A stretch of DNA of 64,000 nucleotides, from NCBI GenBank assembly GCA_030704615.1, contig CM060734.1, positions 48,794,001-48,858,000 of the forward strand, given 5' to 3'. The position numbers and the translations under genes are program-made. This document shows, piece by piece, positions 38,192 to 51,758 of this stretch. Under the pieces are notes generated by a model. It did not search any database and was not told where the DNA came from. It saw only the letters and a program-made list of their open reading frames with translations. Within the stretch, counting starts at the first letter, position 1. Each line of letters starts with the position of its first letter. The DNA is from Takakia lepidozioides. Taxonomy: Eukaryota; Plantae; Bryophyta.

Positions 38192-41100
38192 GACTTCCCT
38201 GGTCACTGATAAATTCCAAGGGACAGCCAAATCTTGTGAGAATGTTCTCATATAGGAATCTTGTTGTGGACTTAGCTGTATTGTCCCTCAGAGCCTTAGC
38301 TTCCACCCATTTTGTGGTATAATCAGTGGCTGTGATTATATACTTGTTCTGTGTATTCTTGGCTGGTGGATTAATTGGTCCAACAAAGTATAATCCCTAT
38401 TTCTGGAATGGTTCAGTAGGCATCGTAGGATGCAAACCATCTTCCCAAATCTTTGCAAAGGTCCTAGCCTCTGACACTCATCACAACTCTTGCAATACTT
38501 GTGTATATCTCTAAACAAAATAAGCCACCAGTAACATGCAAGTAATATTTTCCTACTGGTAGTCTCTTCTCCAAAATGGCCTCCAGCCACTCTTTTATGA
38601 ACTTCTTCCAAAACTTTATTTACCTCATGGTGGTATAAGCATCGTTTAAGTACTCCATCAGGTCCTAGCTTACACAATCTTCCACCTATCATAGTGTATG
38701 GTAATGCCTTGATAGCTATTCTTTTCCTCTGCTCCTTCCCATAACTGGGTGGGCACTGTCCATGAGTAAGGTAGTATCTGATTGGCCACTGCCAATCTAA
38801 CCAATCATCTGCTCCATGCACTTCCACTGCAAATAAACTCGCATCATGTAGTTGATCATCTACTCATGTGGTGGGTTCTCCTGTTGAAAGGCGTGACAAG
38901 TGATCTGCCACAAGATGCAAACGTCCAGGCTTATAAACAACTTCGAATTCAAACTCGTGCAAGATAATCAACCATCTTGCTATCCTGCCACTTATCAAAG
39001 GCCTGTTCACCAGATAAATCAAAGCCTGATGATCCACATAAACTTCCTTCCAAGTAGATAATGCCTGAATTTCTTGACTGCATAGATCATTACTAAAGCT
39101 TCCCTTTCTGTAGTGCTATAGTTCCTCTCAGCACTGTTCAACAATCTGCTCGCATAGTACACAGGTGAATCTATGTTTCCTGTGACATTTTGGGCTAATA
39201 CAGCCCCCAATGCTTCTCCTGAGGCATCACAATGTACATGAAATACCATATGTCAATGAGAGTTAATCAACACAGGTGTAGTTGTTACTGACTTTGTAAG
39301 TGTCTCAAATGCCTGTTGGCATTCAGCTGTCCATGCAAACACTACATCCTTCTTCAAAAGCTTGCTCAATGGTGCTGCCATTTGTGTATACCGTCTGACA
39401 AACCTTCTGTAATAGCTGGTTTGTCCAAGGAATCTCCTTAGAGCCTTAACATTTACTGGTGGTGGGGATGCTTTAATGGCCTCAGTCTTTCTAGGATCCA
39501 CAAGCAGTCCCTTCTTACACACAATGTGTCCTAGTAGTACCCCTGAGTTCACACAGAAAGTACACTTTTCTGGATTCAGACCAAGACCTCTCATCCTGCA
39601 TTTGGCCGAACATAATTCCAACTTCTGCAAGTGCTCATTCTTAGAGTTGTACACACTGAAGTCATCTAAGAACATTTGCATGAAATCATCCAAATACTCA
39701 TGGAAAGATTCACTTATCACTCTTTGGAAAGTTGCTGGTGCATTACAAAGTCCAAAAGGCATGACTTTGTATGCATAAACACCCCAGTCAGTAATGAAAG
39801 CAGTCTTCCCCTGGTCTTCTTCAGCTACTTGTACTTGGTTATACCCACTGAAGCCATCCATGAATAAGTACATCTCATGGCCTACCACAGTGTCCAGTAT
39901 AGCTTCTTTGAATGACAAAGGAAATGGATCTTTCTTTGTACAATCATTCAACTTCTTATAGTTCACACAAACTCTTAGTTTGCCATTCTTCTTGGGAACT
40001 ATCAAAATGGGTGATAGCCAAGTTGTATACTCTATCGGGTATATGAACTTAGCCTCAGCCAACTTCTTAATCTCCTCCCCAACCTTCTGTGCATAGTTGG
40101 GATTCATCCTGTACCTTGCATGTTTGATTGGTATTGACCCTGGTTCCAGTTCAATCTTATGCTGGTAGATCTCAGGTGGTATCCCTTTCAGATCTTCATA
40201 GCTCCAAGCAAATACTTCTTTGTATTTGATAAACAGGCTCTTAGCTTCCTCAAAGAATTCTGGCTCCAAGTCAGCCCCAACTTTCACCATTCTTGGTTCC
40301 TCCTTAGTTCCCACATTCACTTCTCTCACCTACTCTTCAGCTGTGATTGTCCATCCAGCCACTACTTCATCCTGTAAACTCACAATGGCTGGTTTCTCTA
40401 GGATTTCTATTTCTCCCTTTCTTTCTTCATAGAAATGTGGTGGATAACTGTTTGTTTCCCCCTCAATTGGTGTTGCTATTATTGTACCACAACATATACC
40501 TTTAAAGCAACTCAGGCCTCCCAGTTGCATTTCTGCAACATGCTCCCACTCTGGGTATGCAGCAAACAGATTAGCTTCCTGCTCCTCATCAAGCCCTCCC
40601 CTCCAGTCATACTCTCTGACTCCACGAGGTCTCCGTGTAGCAGGTAGCCTACCAGATTTCTTAGTGGTGATCTGTATCTTGTGCTTCCCATCATGCACAG
40701 TCAGTAACTGGGAATTCCAATCATGGAATACCCTGGCCTATTTCAGCCATGGTCGACCCAACAATAAGGAATAAGCTGTCATGACATCATCCATTTTCAA
40801 CACAGTCACTGTGATCTTAAAGATCATCTTCTGAATCTGTATCTTTACTCCTCTTATCAAGCCTAATGGTTGTACACTCCTTTGATCTGCCATTGTTACT
40901 GTGAATGGGGCTGGTTTCATGTTATTCAGACCAAGCTTCTCCCTTAACTAGTCTGTCATGATATTCACTCCTGAGCCTCCATCTATCAGTACATCAGTCA
41001 GGTCTGTGCTTCCAATTCTCAATTGGATTACTGGCATGGAATCATCAAAGTCCATGACTGTTTCTCGCCCTTCAGGCTTCACATTATAACTTGTCACCTT

Positions 41101-41568
41101 GTTGTTCAGGTCTGTGTTCTCTGTCACATGAGCAATCTGATTGCTTGCTTGATACAGCCTGTGTCTACAATGGGGTGCCACAACCAATAGCTGCCCAATT
41201 GTAATCTCAGCTTTGGATTGGCATATTACTTCCGCCAAAGCTCCTTCATTATCCTGCACCTGTGAAGCCTCTTGCTTCACTTCATCTTCTCTTTCAAAGT
41301 CAGAAGAATCTGCCATAGGGATATCAGTATCCTTCTGCATTTCCCTTATGGTATCAGCCACTTCCTTGTGCAGTTCCTTCTCATCTCTCCATGCCTCATC
41401 ATCTTCAGGCACATCACTGCCATCTTCATTAACATCTTTTTCCTCATCTACTAGAGGTAATAGTAAAGCTTTGCTTCTGGTAACTATCATTGTACTTACT
41501 TCTGGTACAAAACATTGCATAACCATGTGAGTTGCCACTACTGGGCCCTCATTCACAGGAGCTCTCAT
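38192..41568 (-). pseudogene. Gypsy pol (PR-RT-RNase H-integrase), with stops, frameshifts and a truncated integrase
   Basis: ORFs 40948-41568, 40738-40920, 39253-40329, 39019-39249, 38336-38827 and 38192-38306. Confidence 0.9.
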
Positions 41569-41658
41569 CTCATTCTAGTGTCTAATCTAGAATGGACAGG
41601 CTACTTTGCGATGTCATGCCTGGTTACAATAGTAACATAGTTCTTCACCATTGGGTCC

Positions 41659-42876
41659 TCACCCTTGGTCTATTCTGGGATTATTTCTATAATCCTGATT
41701 CCCTGGCTGGTAATTCCCCCTTGGATTACCCTGATAGTTGCCTCTGGGATTGCCTTGGTAATTCCCTCTTGGATTACCTCTTCCTGCCATACCATTGTTA
41801 TACCCACCAGGCCTACCATAGTGGTCCTGGTCATTGTTTCTTCTTGGCTGGGGCTGCACTTGATGCACCCTTACTTGCCTCGGCTCTCTTGCAGCTGTCC
41901 TTCTATTGTAATAACAATTCTCAGTAGAATGGTTATCCATTTTACAGATAGTACAGTGTTTCTCTTTCATGTGACATTCAGCTATGGTATGGCTTTCATT
42001 TTGGCACTTTGCACACCAAACACCCTTCCTCCAATGTGTTGCAGCCTCTGTGGCGTACTTTTTCAATATTTCTTCCAGTCTTTTTTCATAGTTGTCCCTC
42101 TTCAACTTTTCCTTCTTCTTGCTCTTCCTCCTGAGCTCTTGTTCTTCTTCCTCATCTGACTCATCTTCAGAGTCCTCATCATCCCTTTTATCTCTCCCGA
42201 GCATTAACAATTGCTCAATTCTGTTGGCTGTTTCGAATGCCTCCTCCACTGTATTATGAGGTAGCATATCCACTTTCTTTTGTAATTTAGGTCTTAGTCC
42301 ACTCACAAACCAAATCTTTCTGTAATCCTGGTGCTGGTATTGCAGCCAACTTTTTCATCATTAACTCCATTTTCTCCATATATTCTTCAACAGTTTCATG
42401 CTTCTTTTGCCTCAACTGTAGTAAACTCCCATACACTTCATCCTCAGTTTTGCTTGTCCTGAACCTGTTTCGGAATGCTGCACTAGGTCATTCCAGGTTA
42501 GGAAATGATTATTAGGAAACCTTGCATACCATTCACTTGTTTTCTTGATAAGCGAACAAGGAAACAGTCTCATCTTGGCATCATCGTCATTCTCATTGTT
42601 CACAATACACATGTGCTCAAATTGGCTGATGTGTACATCAGGATCCCCTTTTCCTGCATATATTGGAAAATGTGGTTTTGCCCGTGTTGGAGGTATCGCC
42701 ATCTGTGGCCCTACACCCTGCCCTTTGACAGGTGCTAGTCCTCTTGTTGGTGTTGGTCCTTGAGGACCTACTGCTGTAGTGGTGAAACTCCCACCAGGTG
42801 TTGGCCCCTGAGCACTCCCTGCTACTGGCCCCCCTGTACTTGCAGTACCCTTAGCTTCAGTTGCACTACTTCCCAC
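41659..42876 (-). pseudogene. Gypsy gag
   Basis: YAGKGDPDVHISQF..KMRLFPCSL..EWY (retrotransposon gag), two CCHC knuckles, and GNPRGNYQ repeats. Confidence 0.85.
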
Positions 42877-43997
42877 ACTCCCTATCCCCCCAGAGCCAGA
42901 TCCAAGCTGCCCGCCTGATCCCCCTTAACCGACACCTTTATTGGCTTGTGATCCAAGTGCTTCACTTGATCCAGGTCCAATAGGTTGGGATGTCCTAGTT
43001 GTAGTCTCAACCTCAATTGTTGGGTCTACTTCTTCTTACTCTTCATCTTCTAAATTCTTCTCTCTGTTTTCATTTTCCAAGTTCTTCTCTTGGATTTCTT
43101 CTTCCTCACTCATATAACTCAACTGAAGTGGTGTTGGAGAGTCTAAACTCTCCGTTGGCTCTGCCACATCTTCCTCTCCTTCTTTGTTTTGTATTTCAGA
43201 AACTGGAGTTCCTGCTCTTGGTGTTTCATGCCAACTCTGATCAAAGATTTATGTCAAATCTTTAACCCAGGGATGTACCTCAGATCTTTCCCCTCGTGGC
43301 TGATCTTCTTCTTGTACCAAATCCCTTAATCTTTCTTGTAAAGAATAAGGAGTGGCATCCAACTCTGGTTCTTCTGCTATGGGTGATGTACTCTCTGGCC
43401 TTAATGGTATGAGAGGTCCAGATGATTCCCCTATGTCTATTCCTCTCTCCTAGAGATATGGATAATTAGCTTTCTTCTGTAATATCTCTCGTATATGCCT
43501 GGATTTCTTTCAAGCTTTAATGCACCATTGGCTATACTAGAAGGCTCCGTTACCATATAACCATATGGCAAGCACGTCTGAAAAGTTGTTCTTGGTGTAA
43601 GTTTGATCCACAAGATATCCTTAGGAATCCAATTCTTTACTAGTACAAGTTCTTCATGCATGTGAGTGTAAACATTTACCTTCCGTACCTCCCAGCTTTC
43701 AAACTCCACTCGTTTAATGGATAGCAATGCTAAACCAGTGTTGGTAACCAACTTGCTCTCCCTCTACAAGCCACTTGATAAATCTTTATCACTCATTTCT
43801 CCAGACCCCACTCTGGATCAGCATCATGCACTCTCTTAAGAATGTTTTCCTTGCAACCGTCTAGCAATTCCAAGAACCGTTTGGACAATCTTTCTTTCTC
43901 AGTTTCACAGGGAATTTGATTCACATCAAATTCTTTGATTCTCCATTCACCATGATCCTACCAGATGCCTGTCACGTCTGGTTGTTCTTGACTCAGT

Positions 43998-44015
43998 TCC
44001 CCAGTATGGTCGCCA
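43998..44015 (-). promoter_or_regulatory. Primer binding site (tRNA-Arg-type)
   Basis: TGGCGACCATACTGGGGA lies 2 nt after the LTR CA end and resembles the tRNA-Arg PBS TGGCGACTCCACTGGGGA of plant non-chromoviruses. Confidence 0.75.
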
Positions 44016-44017
44016 AA

Positions 44018-45034
44018 TGTCGAGCGGCTTTTACTCACCCATCCCTTAGCTATCCGAGGTGGAAACTCCAAGATAGAAGAGTTGGAAATCTCTAAGTACT
44101 CAGTCCGCTCAGAACAATCAGTCATGACCTACAACTAGTGTATCATGGGGGTGCTTCCTATTTGTATTCCTTCTCGCATTCATGTTAGCAATTTACCTTA
44201 CTGTCTATGATTAAGTATCAGATTACTTCTGCAATCTACCATGTTCCAACTACTCAGGCATTCATTCCACAGCTTCACTCATATCTCTCTACACGGTGTA
44301 AATATGAAATAGGAATCATATTAATATCTATCATGTATCAGGCTGAAGCCATGGTGTCTCTAATCTGCTCTATAGTGCTTCTCTACAGCTTGCATGAATC
44401 AAGCATCATCTCGTAGTATCTCTTCCTCTGTGTCATCTTCATCCCTATGCTCCAAGATCGTGCTCTTCGCCTGATCTCCTCCATTGATGTCCAAGAAGTG
44501 ATCTCAAAAGTGACCCCCTCCATGTCGCTACTCTGCCTATTCTACCTACAAGCTGTTCTAACCGCCTAACTAACTAACTGTCATCCAAGACAGAATGCAT
44601 GTTCCCTCTGTAGATGTTGTTCCCACACAGTCGTTCTCTGCCAATGATAACCGTTCCCTGTGAACGCTGTGACGGGCTGTGCCAAGCTGTGCCGAGCTGT
44701 GACTGGCTATGTCGGACTGTGGCTGGCTGTCGGGTTGTGTTAGACTGTGATAGACTGTGTAAGGCTATGTAAGGCTATGTCATGTTGTGACAAGTTGTGT
44801 CAAGCTGTGTAAGGCTATGACAAGTTGTGTCAGGCTGTGTCAGGCTGTGACAGACTGTGTAAGGCTGTGCAAGCCTGTGACTGACTGTGTGAGCCTGCCT
44901 ACCACCCCTAAAGCATATGTCTGTCACCACTAAGGCCTCTGTTGGTCTGAGTCTACCATCAGTAAGTCTGCGCAAAATTAAGGGTAGCCCACAGAACCCG
45001 TAAAACTGTCTAAGTCCCAGACAGCCCTCTAACA
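44018..45034 (-). repeat. 5' LTR (~1017 bp, TG...CA)
   Basis: Minus strand reads TGTTAGAGGG...GCTCGACA and is followed by the PBS. Contains a 10-bp-period TGTCAGGCTG-like tandem array at ~44665-44895. The 45034 end is inferred because no second LTR is available for comparison. Confidence 0.75.
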
Positions 45035-48000
45035 TCTATTGTGATGCAAACGTCACCTGGACCAGTCCATGGTCTGTCGGGTAAACATTGTCATTGTAGC
45101 AACCTTTGGATAGGGGAGGGCAATGCATCAATTAGTTTGATGCACTCCAAACCCCCAGATAGCCACTGGAAAACACTCAAGACATAGAAACACTCGTTCT
45201 CCTTTGCAGGGTCAAGCCCAATCGTATGCGGCCCCCACTCCTCATTCGGGGCACACATGAAGCAAGAGCGCAATACCACAATATTAGGGAGCTTTGCACC
45301 TTCGTTCTTGATCTCATCATAGAATCCACACCATGCGACTCTAGAAGCGGATTCGTGAGCCCTGAGAATTACATCCCCTTTCAATGGTTTGGTCCAATCC
45401 ACCAAAGCATCCAACAAGGAGATGCGAGACCGCACCAAGCCTCTGAGGTCGCCCACAAGCCCATCATCGCGTCCCACTGCAACTGTCCCCTCAAACACAA
45501 GTTGTCATGATACAAACATTGCGGAAAGCACAAATACAGTAAACACAGTTTGATCAGAGCAGCCTCCCACTCTGCCTCCCCTGTGGAAATACTGTAACTT
45601 AGACAATGGTGCAAATGGAGACAGTGGAAAACAACAGGAGGTCCAAATCGAGAAAGTGCACAATACGGAGATACAGTACATCGAGGCCGTGTGCAGGTGC
45701 AGAATGTTCAGTGTCACCTGTGGGCTACGCAGTGGAACGAGGGAACACAATACAGATCGTGCGAGGTAACATCTAAAAACTGGAAGGAAACACGAAAACA
45801 CAGCAGGAGAGATACTGATGACTGAACGAGGAGAGGAACGCAATATGTATGACTGGTGCAAAGTGTTGGAGTCGTACAAGGCAAGGTGGCGAGAAAGAGG
45901 AAGGTCGTGGCGGGAAAATCAAGACTTCGATTTGAACTACGTAGGGTTTGAACCCCAGGCTGAACTGTCGTGCTTCCCACTCTGCCGAGCCTTTTTGTGG
46001 GAATATGCGGGAGTGTGTGTTTTGGGCTAAGGCACTTGGCTCCTTCGATGGCCTATACCGTTACAGTGCTACACTGTGGAGTGCGTACTTGTTAACATTG
46101 CATCTGTGCTTCAGTGCAGCTAGAGTCATTTCCTCTTTTCTCAGTGTCTCCCCACGAAATGCCTTACATTTCAGCTGCTTCGGCTTCCACTCTGCAGGTT
46201 AGTGTGCAGGATGCCAGGGACATTTCCGAACCCCTGCACCCGACAAAGGTGGGGACACGCACTCTACTTGCAAGCATACTTTTCGGCCCTGCGATGGCGA
46301 AAGAGGTAGGACTTGATGGCATTGTAGTCATGCACAAGGGGAATGCCCCTAAGTCATATGGCATTCAGTACATCACCATGGGCGTCCATCTTGCCATATG
46401 GAATGTGGTGGCTAGTGTAGGTGAGGACAGTGGGTTCAATGTAGACAAGACAAAGAGAGCACGAATTTTGGGGGAGCATGTGTGGATGGAGGTGAACATT
46501 CGGGAGGGGTAGAATAGGTTTTGGGTTGTGGAGGTAGATGACTCCAATGTCCTTCAGAAGGCACATGTTTCTAATTTGAGGAAGTGCCTGGATCGTGTTG
46601 GGAGTAGCCTGCTCGTGAAGGGCACATTCACCATGCGCTTCAAGAAGCAGTTTCATGCTGGAGAAGCACCGTAGACCGTGCCTTGGTCCGTGGGCATCAC
46701 CCCCACTGAAGCTTTCATTATGGACAGGACGGACTTTGTGGAGAAAACAGGGTTGGAGGAAGTGAATGAGAACCTGGCTGTCCTGAGGGTCAATCCAGCT
46801 TTGTCTGTGTTGTTGAAGGGAGGGAGTGGAAGTGGAAGTGGGAATGGAAGACCTTCAAAACAGGGTCATGACTGTTCCTCGTATAGTAATGATGGATTGA
46901 GGTACAATGTTGATATCTCTTGGCCACATGTGGAATGATGCAATGGGCACAATGATATTTTGACCCGCTTTAGTTTGATGTTTTGTTTCAAGTGTACATG
47001 AAGTTGAGCATCCAGTTTTGTGAAGATCATACATTTCCATTGCAGACTGTGATGCAGTGCAAAGATGAATGGGGCTAGGTTGAAACTGTGTTGCATTGCT
47101 TATGAACAATAAAATTGGTGCAACAAATGTAGCACAACTGACAACATTGTTCACTATCTAGTGTTCCCGGAAGAATAGGTGAAAGGTTGCACATGTTCAG
47201 TCAGGTAATAGGGGTAGCACGTGTATGCTCTGCAACCTAATTTCAAACAAGAAATAACACACTAATGATGTCAGAGTTGTGAAAAACATCTGCCTCATCC
47301 GATCCTTCGTGCGAAGTATCTTGAATTGAAGACTGTGCTTATTGACAGGGAATCTAGCCTCACAGAGCATCGTAACCCAGCATTGTCTGAAGAGTATTGA
47401 ACGCACAATATTATAGCAAATATAAATTTTGTATAGTCCGTGTTCTCAACTGTCCAGCAAGTCCATGTTTATAGTCCATGCTATGCGTCAGGTCATTTCC
47501 AGGTTGTGGCAATGATGTCTGTCTTTGGGTTATACAGTGTAAGGGTCTTACAAGAAGCCAACCACCGATTTGTGTGTTGAAATGTCAGTTTGCACTGTCA
47601 CGAGCCATGTTGACTAGAAAGTGTGTTGGTAGGCTTAAAGTAGCATCCAACAAGCATTGCAACTCTGAAGTATATATGGTTAACGATCAGGATGAATGGA
47701 CTGGGAGATTCATAACCACAGTCAAAGAAGCATTGGAAGCATTCTATGTTGAAAGAGGAACCAATTAAGTGTGGGAAAACAAAATTGAGCGTGGAGAGAC
47801 ATAGTTGTATTGGTGGCATGACGAAACCAGGGAGTGCCATAGGTGAAATTGTTAAAGACAAGTCATTGTCACATGATATGCCATGAAAAGGATTGGGAAT
47901 GCTTATAGGCAAATGCTAAACAACTACTCGAGATAAAGTGCCATATTAGAAAGGTGAAAGTATTTGGCATGTCATCATAAGAAACTTTCAATGCTAAGCG

Positions 48001-49639
48001 AGACGAGGTTCCTGTCACTTCACCGGTACATGCGAAGTGTAAAGGAAGAAAACAAACTTGCATGAAATGAGTGTAAAGTGAAGACAGTGTCCAAAACTGG
48101 AATCCGAAACAGACTATCAGATGTATGTCACATCGTTCATTACAGTAGCTGGACACCTGCAGGCTGTGTACAATTTGTTTTCGGGCGAACACTTGGTTGC
48201 TGATATGGGATCAACTGCACTATGGAATTGACCATGGGGAGTGCTTGAAAACTCGTAGGTGTTTAGGGAATATCATAGGATTGTAAGGTAGTTGTTTGTG
48301 TTTTTCCCTAACCGCTACTACAGGCACATTGTTTGCAGCACCTCTCTCTGTTTTTGCTTTGTTTCCTGTTTCTTCACACGGTCATTGAAATGCAATTTCG
48401 GGATTGGTAGAATGAAGTGGTTGGGGATTGAAAACAAGGAGACCAAACAAATGTGCCCCACATGTATATTTTCCCTTGATGTCTTCCCTTGTATGTCTTC
48501 CCTACATGCAATGTATGTTTGCACTGAAATATTAGCACTGACATGTCCTTCCATTTTTGGAGGAAGGTGGTGTTGCATTGGTCAACTATGCAAAATCTGC
48601 ATTCAATTTACTTAACAAGTAATCACCCCTGCAAATACAACGGGTAGTTTTGTTGGTGGCGCACGGCACATCTTTCTTGTGTGTATGCTTTGCCGGTACT
48701 TGGCAAGACCACAGTTCTCTCATGTGTCTGAAATAAAGTACAAAAACTCACACCCACTATCCTTACAAAAACATACATACAGTAATAGACTTCCACGACA
48801 AAACTGTGTTGCTGTGCCAACACAAGCACAAGAAACAAACATCATATAAAACATCAAAAAAGTTATTGAACCCCAAACAAACGGCAGGCAAGAATGATGA
48901 TGAGTGTAGGGTAAGCACGGAGGTAGTATTTCTGCAAACAAGGAACTGCGTTACAAATTCATGTGTACAAGGCACTCCTGCCTCCTGCACCCCCATGGCT
49001 CCAATCATGGAGATGGTGTATCCCACATCCACCAACATTTTGTCCGCAATCAATCTGGAAGACAATGGCTTGCATGTTCCTGAAAACAATGCTGTTTACA
49101 AACCCTAGTTAGACATGAGTATGCACCACCACCATCTGTTCCTCCTCGTCTATTGTATAGGCGACCTCCAAGGCAACCAGCTCTATTGTAATACAACGCA
49201 CATCCCCAACCATGTTGATTATTTTCCCAGACTTTGTCTTGCCAGTGGTAAGACTCCATCTTCGAGAGTATGTACATCCTCAGTTCCGGCAACTCCATTG
49301 GAGCAACTACATGGAGGACTCGCTGCAACAACACGATACCACAAGCTTGGGATCCTGCCATTGCGTAGGGCTACAAAGATGTTTCAAAACAGATCCAAAT
49401 GATGTCGGGGTACAAAAGCGATAAACGTAATACAACGAAGACTAAAGAACGAACACTGCAGGGATGTGGAGGAAGGAGCACTACTACAGGAAATAACCTT
49501 GCAAGCAATCAGAGTGCCGCCTACGAGACCACAACGAAAGGAGAGATACAACAACAGCAGAGAAGAGAAGAGACAGAACAACACAGAAGTACAGATAGGA
49601 AATGCATGTTACAATGATGACATTATATACAATCCACTG

Positions 49640-50055
49640 TGGACACTATGTCTCGACAGCATAAGAGGTGCAGCCTGAACCCTAATGAAAAATCATCTTA
49701 TGTAGGGAAATATTGAACGAAAAAATGGTAATTTAGTACAATCATCCTTTTGAGATAAAATATAATAAAATACAATATCATAATTGTGGAGACTGTGCCT
49801 CGACAGTCTAAGCGTTTCAAAACCCTAATGAAAAACATTCAAAAAAAAGACATTGTGTAGAATGTGCCTCGATAGTATAAGCGTTTGAGAAACGTAATGA
49901 AAATCATCCAAAAACATACACAGTGGACATTGTGCCTCGACAATATAAGCGTTTCAAAACCCTAATGAAAATCATCCAAAAACATACACAGTGGACATTG
50001 TGCCTCGACAGTATAAGCGTTTCAGCACCTTAATTGAAATCATCCAGAAACATAG
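49640..50055. repeat. ~68-bp tandem array (about 5 copies) with telo-box-like AAACCCTAA
   Basis: Unit GTGGACATTGTGCCTCGACAGTATAAGCGTTTCAAAACCCTAATGAAAATCATCCAAAAACATACACA. Confidence 0.85.
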
Positions 50056-51398
50056 ATAGTGACCACCGACAAATCATCGAAGAATTCATGCAATTCAGAT
50101 ATATAAGACAATTAAGCACAACACAATGTCATTTCCTGGTTGAGAAATACAATGGACACATTGGTAACATTTGTCCCAAACTGCTGTGTAGTTGGAAGTT
50201 CTGTTGGCCCCCGGGGACAATGTGTTCAATTCCACTTGCACGACTACTTCATGGACAAAATGTATCAATGATTGGACGTGCAGCCATGGCAGTCGCCAAG
50301 AAAAGAGGAAGACAATCATGGTTTTGTTGTTAAAAGAACACACAACAGCAGTATTCACAGATTTTAGGGACATAGGTGCCAGAAAATTTGATGTCACTTG
50401 AACAGAAGACTTGCAATATTGACAGTGTAGCCTCACAGAGTATCAGAAGTCCGCATTGGGTAAACATGTCATACAGTCCTTCCGGATCCTCAGCATGTCG
50501 CTCACATTGTATTGATCCATCTTCCAGGGTCAATGATGGCACGTACACTTACTGTGATGTTCAGACGATGTCACCATCACGAGTCCGCTGAAGGCATATG
50601 TGCATGCATCCTAGGCTACTCCACTGGTTTTTCCAGGGAATTGCCTTCGCACATACGTACATAATGTTTTCAAGACATTCTGCCTCTGCAGTGCCTTCAT
50701 ATGCTTTCCTCCTCCGCTTAATTGCAGATGTTCTCTTCTTAAAAAAATTTTAAGTACCCTTCAACTGACAGTAGCTTTTATTTAGGTATCATCAAACGTG
50801 CTGAACGATGACAATACAAGAAGTTTCAGCTTTACAACATGGTAGTATGTATGGTGTACTCATTTTTTTTTTGGTGACAAGGATTTCCATTCGGACTCAT
50901 TGTATTCAGGTACCATCGAACGTGGTGAAAGATGACTATCCAGTAAGTTCCAACTTTACAACATGGTAGTATGTATGGTGTACTCCTTTTGTTTCTGGCG
51001 ACAAAATGATATATCTTGTTTTCCAACACTGCTTTGATTTGTCTTTGAACATTGACGCTTTATTGTTTCTCTTTATGTGGTTATGATGTTCTTGTGTATT
51101 GAATCTCGTTTTTATGCTTGTGTGGTATAATATTTGGTGCACGCTACTTACAGTCTCCCTCCACCTCTTGCTTTCAACATGCCTATCCATCCACAAATGA
51201 ATGCTGAATGCTTCCTCATAACGTTGCAGTCTATACACAACAACATTTTGAAAATCAACACACACAAAGCACCATATGCTTGACTATATAAATACACATT
51301 TCCCACAATATGTTGTGTTCATTGCTCTGTGACACTGTTTTCTGCAGCACGTAGACACCTTCAGTCATTGTACAATCTCTTCTTTGGCGTGGTTCAAG

Positions 51399-51758
51399 TG
51401 GGCAAGGGTGGCCGTTTCCTGCTAGCAAGCCCAGTCTGATTCGGGTTTGTGAATTGTGAATGTCTTACCTAATTCCCGTGCGCAGTGAACAAGTGTAGGG
51501 CCACCAGGTGTTTGCGGCAGTTGGACGTTGCCATCTGGAATGTGCTTGACAAGCAACATGGAACTGCAAACAAATCCCTGGGCAAGGGTGGCCGTTTCCT
51601 GCTAGCAAGCCCAGTCTGATTCGGGTTTGTGAATTGTGAATGTCTTACCTAATTCCCGTGCGCAGTGAACAAGTGTAGGGCCACCAGGTGTTTGCGGCAG
51701 TTGGACGTTGCCATCTGGAATGTGCTTGACAAGCAACATGGAACTGCAAACAAATCCC
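51399..51758. repeat. Perfect 180-bp tandem duplication
   Basis: 51399-51578 is identical to 51579-51758. Confidence 0.95.

Larger units (their letters stand above)
34121..45034 (-). mobile_element. Non-chromovirus Ty3/Gypsy LTR retrotransposon (Athila/Phygy/Selgy-like), degenerate, 3' LTR missing
   Basis: Order on the minus strand: LTR, PBS, gag (two CX2CX4HX4C knuckles at ~42020-41915), protease (VLIDGGSGVN), RT (FMDGFSGYNQ, MPFGLCNAPATFQR, FLDDF), RNase H (CDASG, NYSTTEREAL), integrase (GGHFG, CKSCDECQR, ISDQGSH), extra ORF. Confidence 0.9.

Noticed and set aside
49836-49965. Telomeric repeats or a telomerase RNA template
   Set aside because: Only isolated AAACCCTAA units inside a 68-bp repeat, with no tandem TTTAGGG tract or Pol III promoter.
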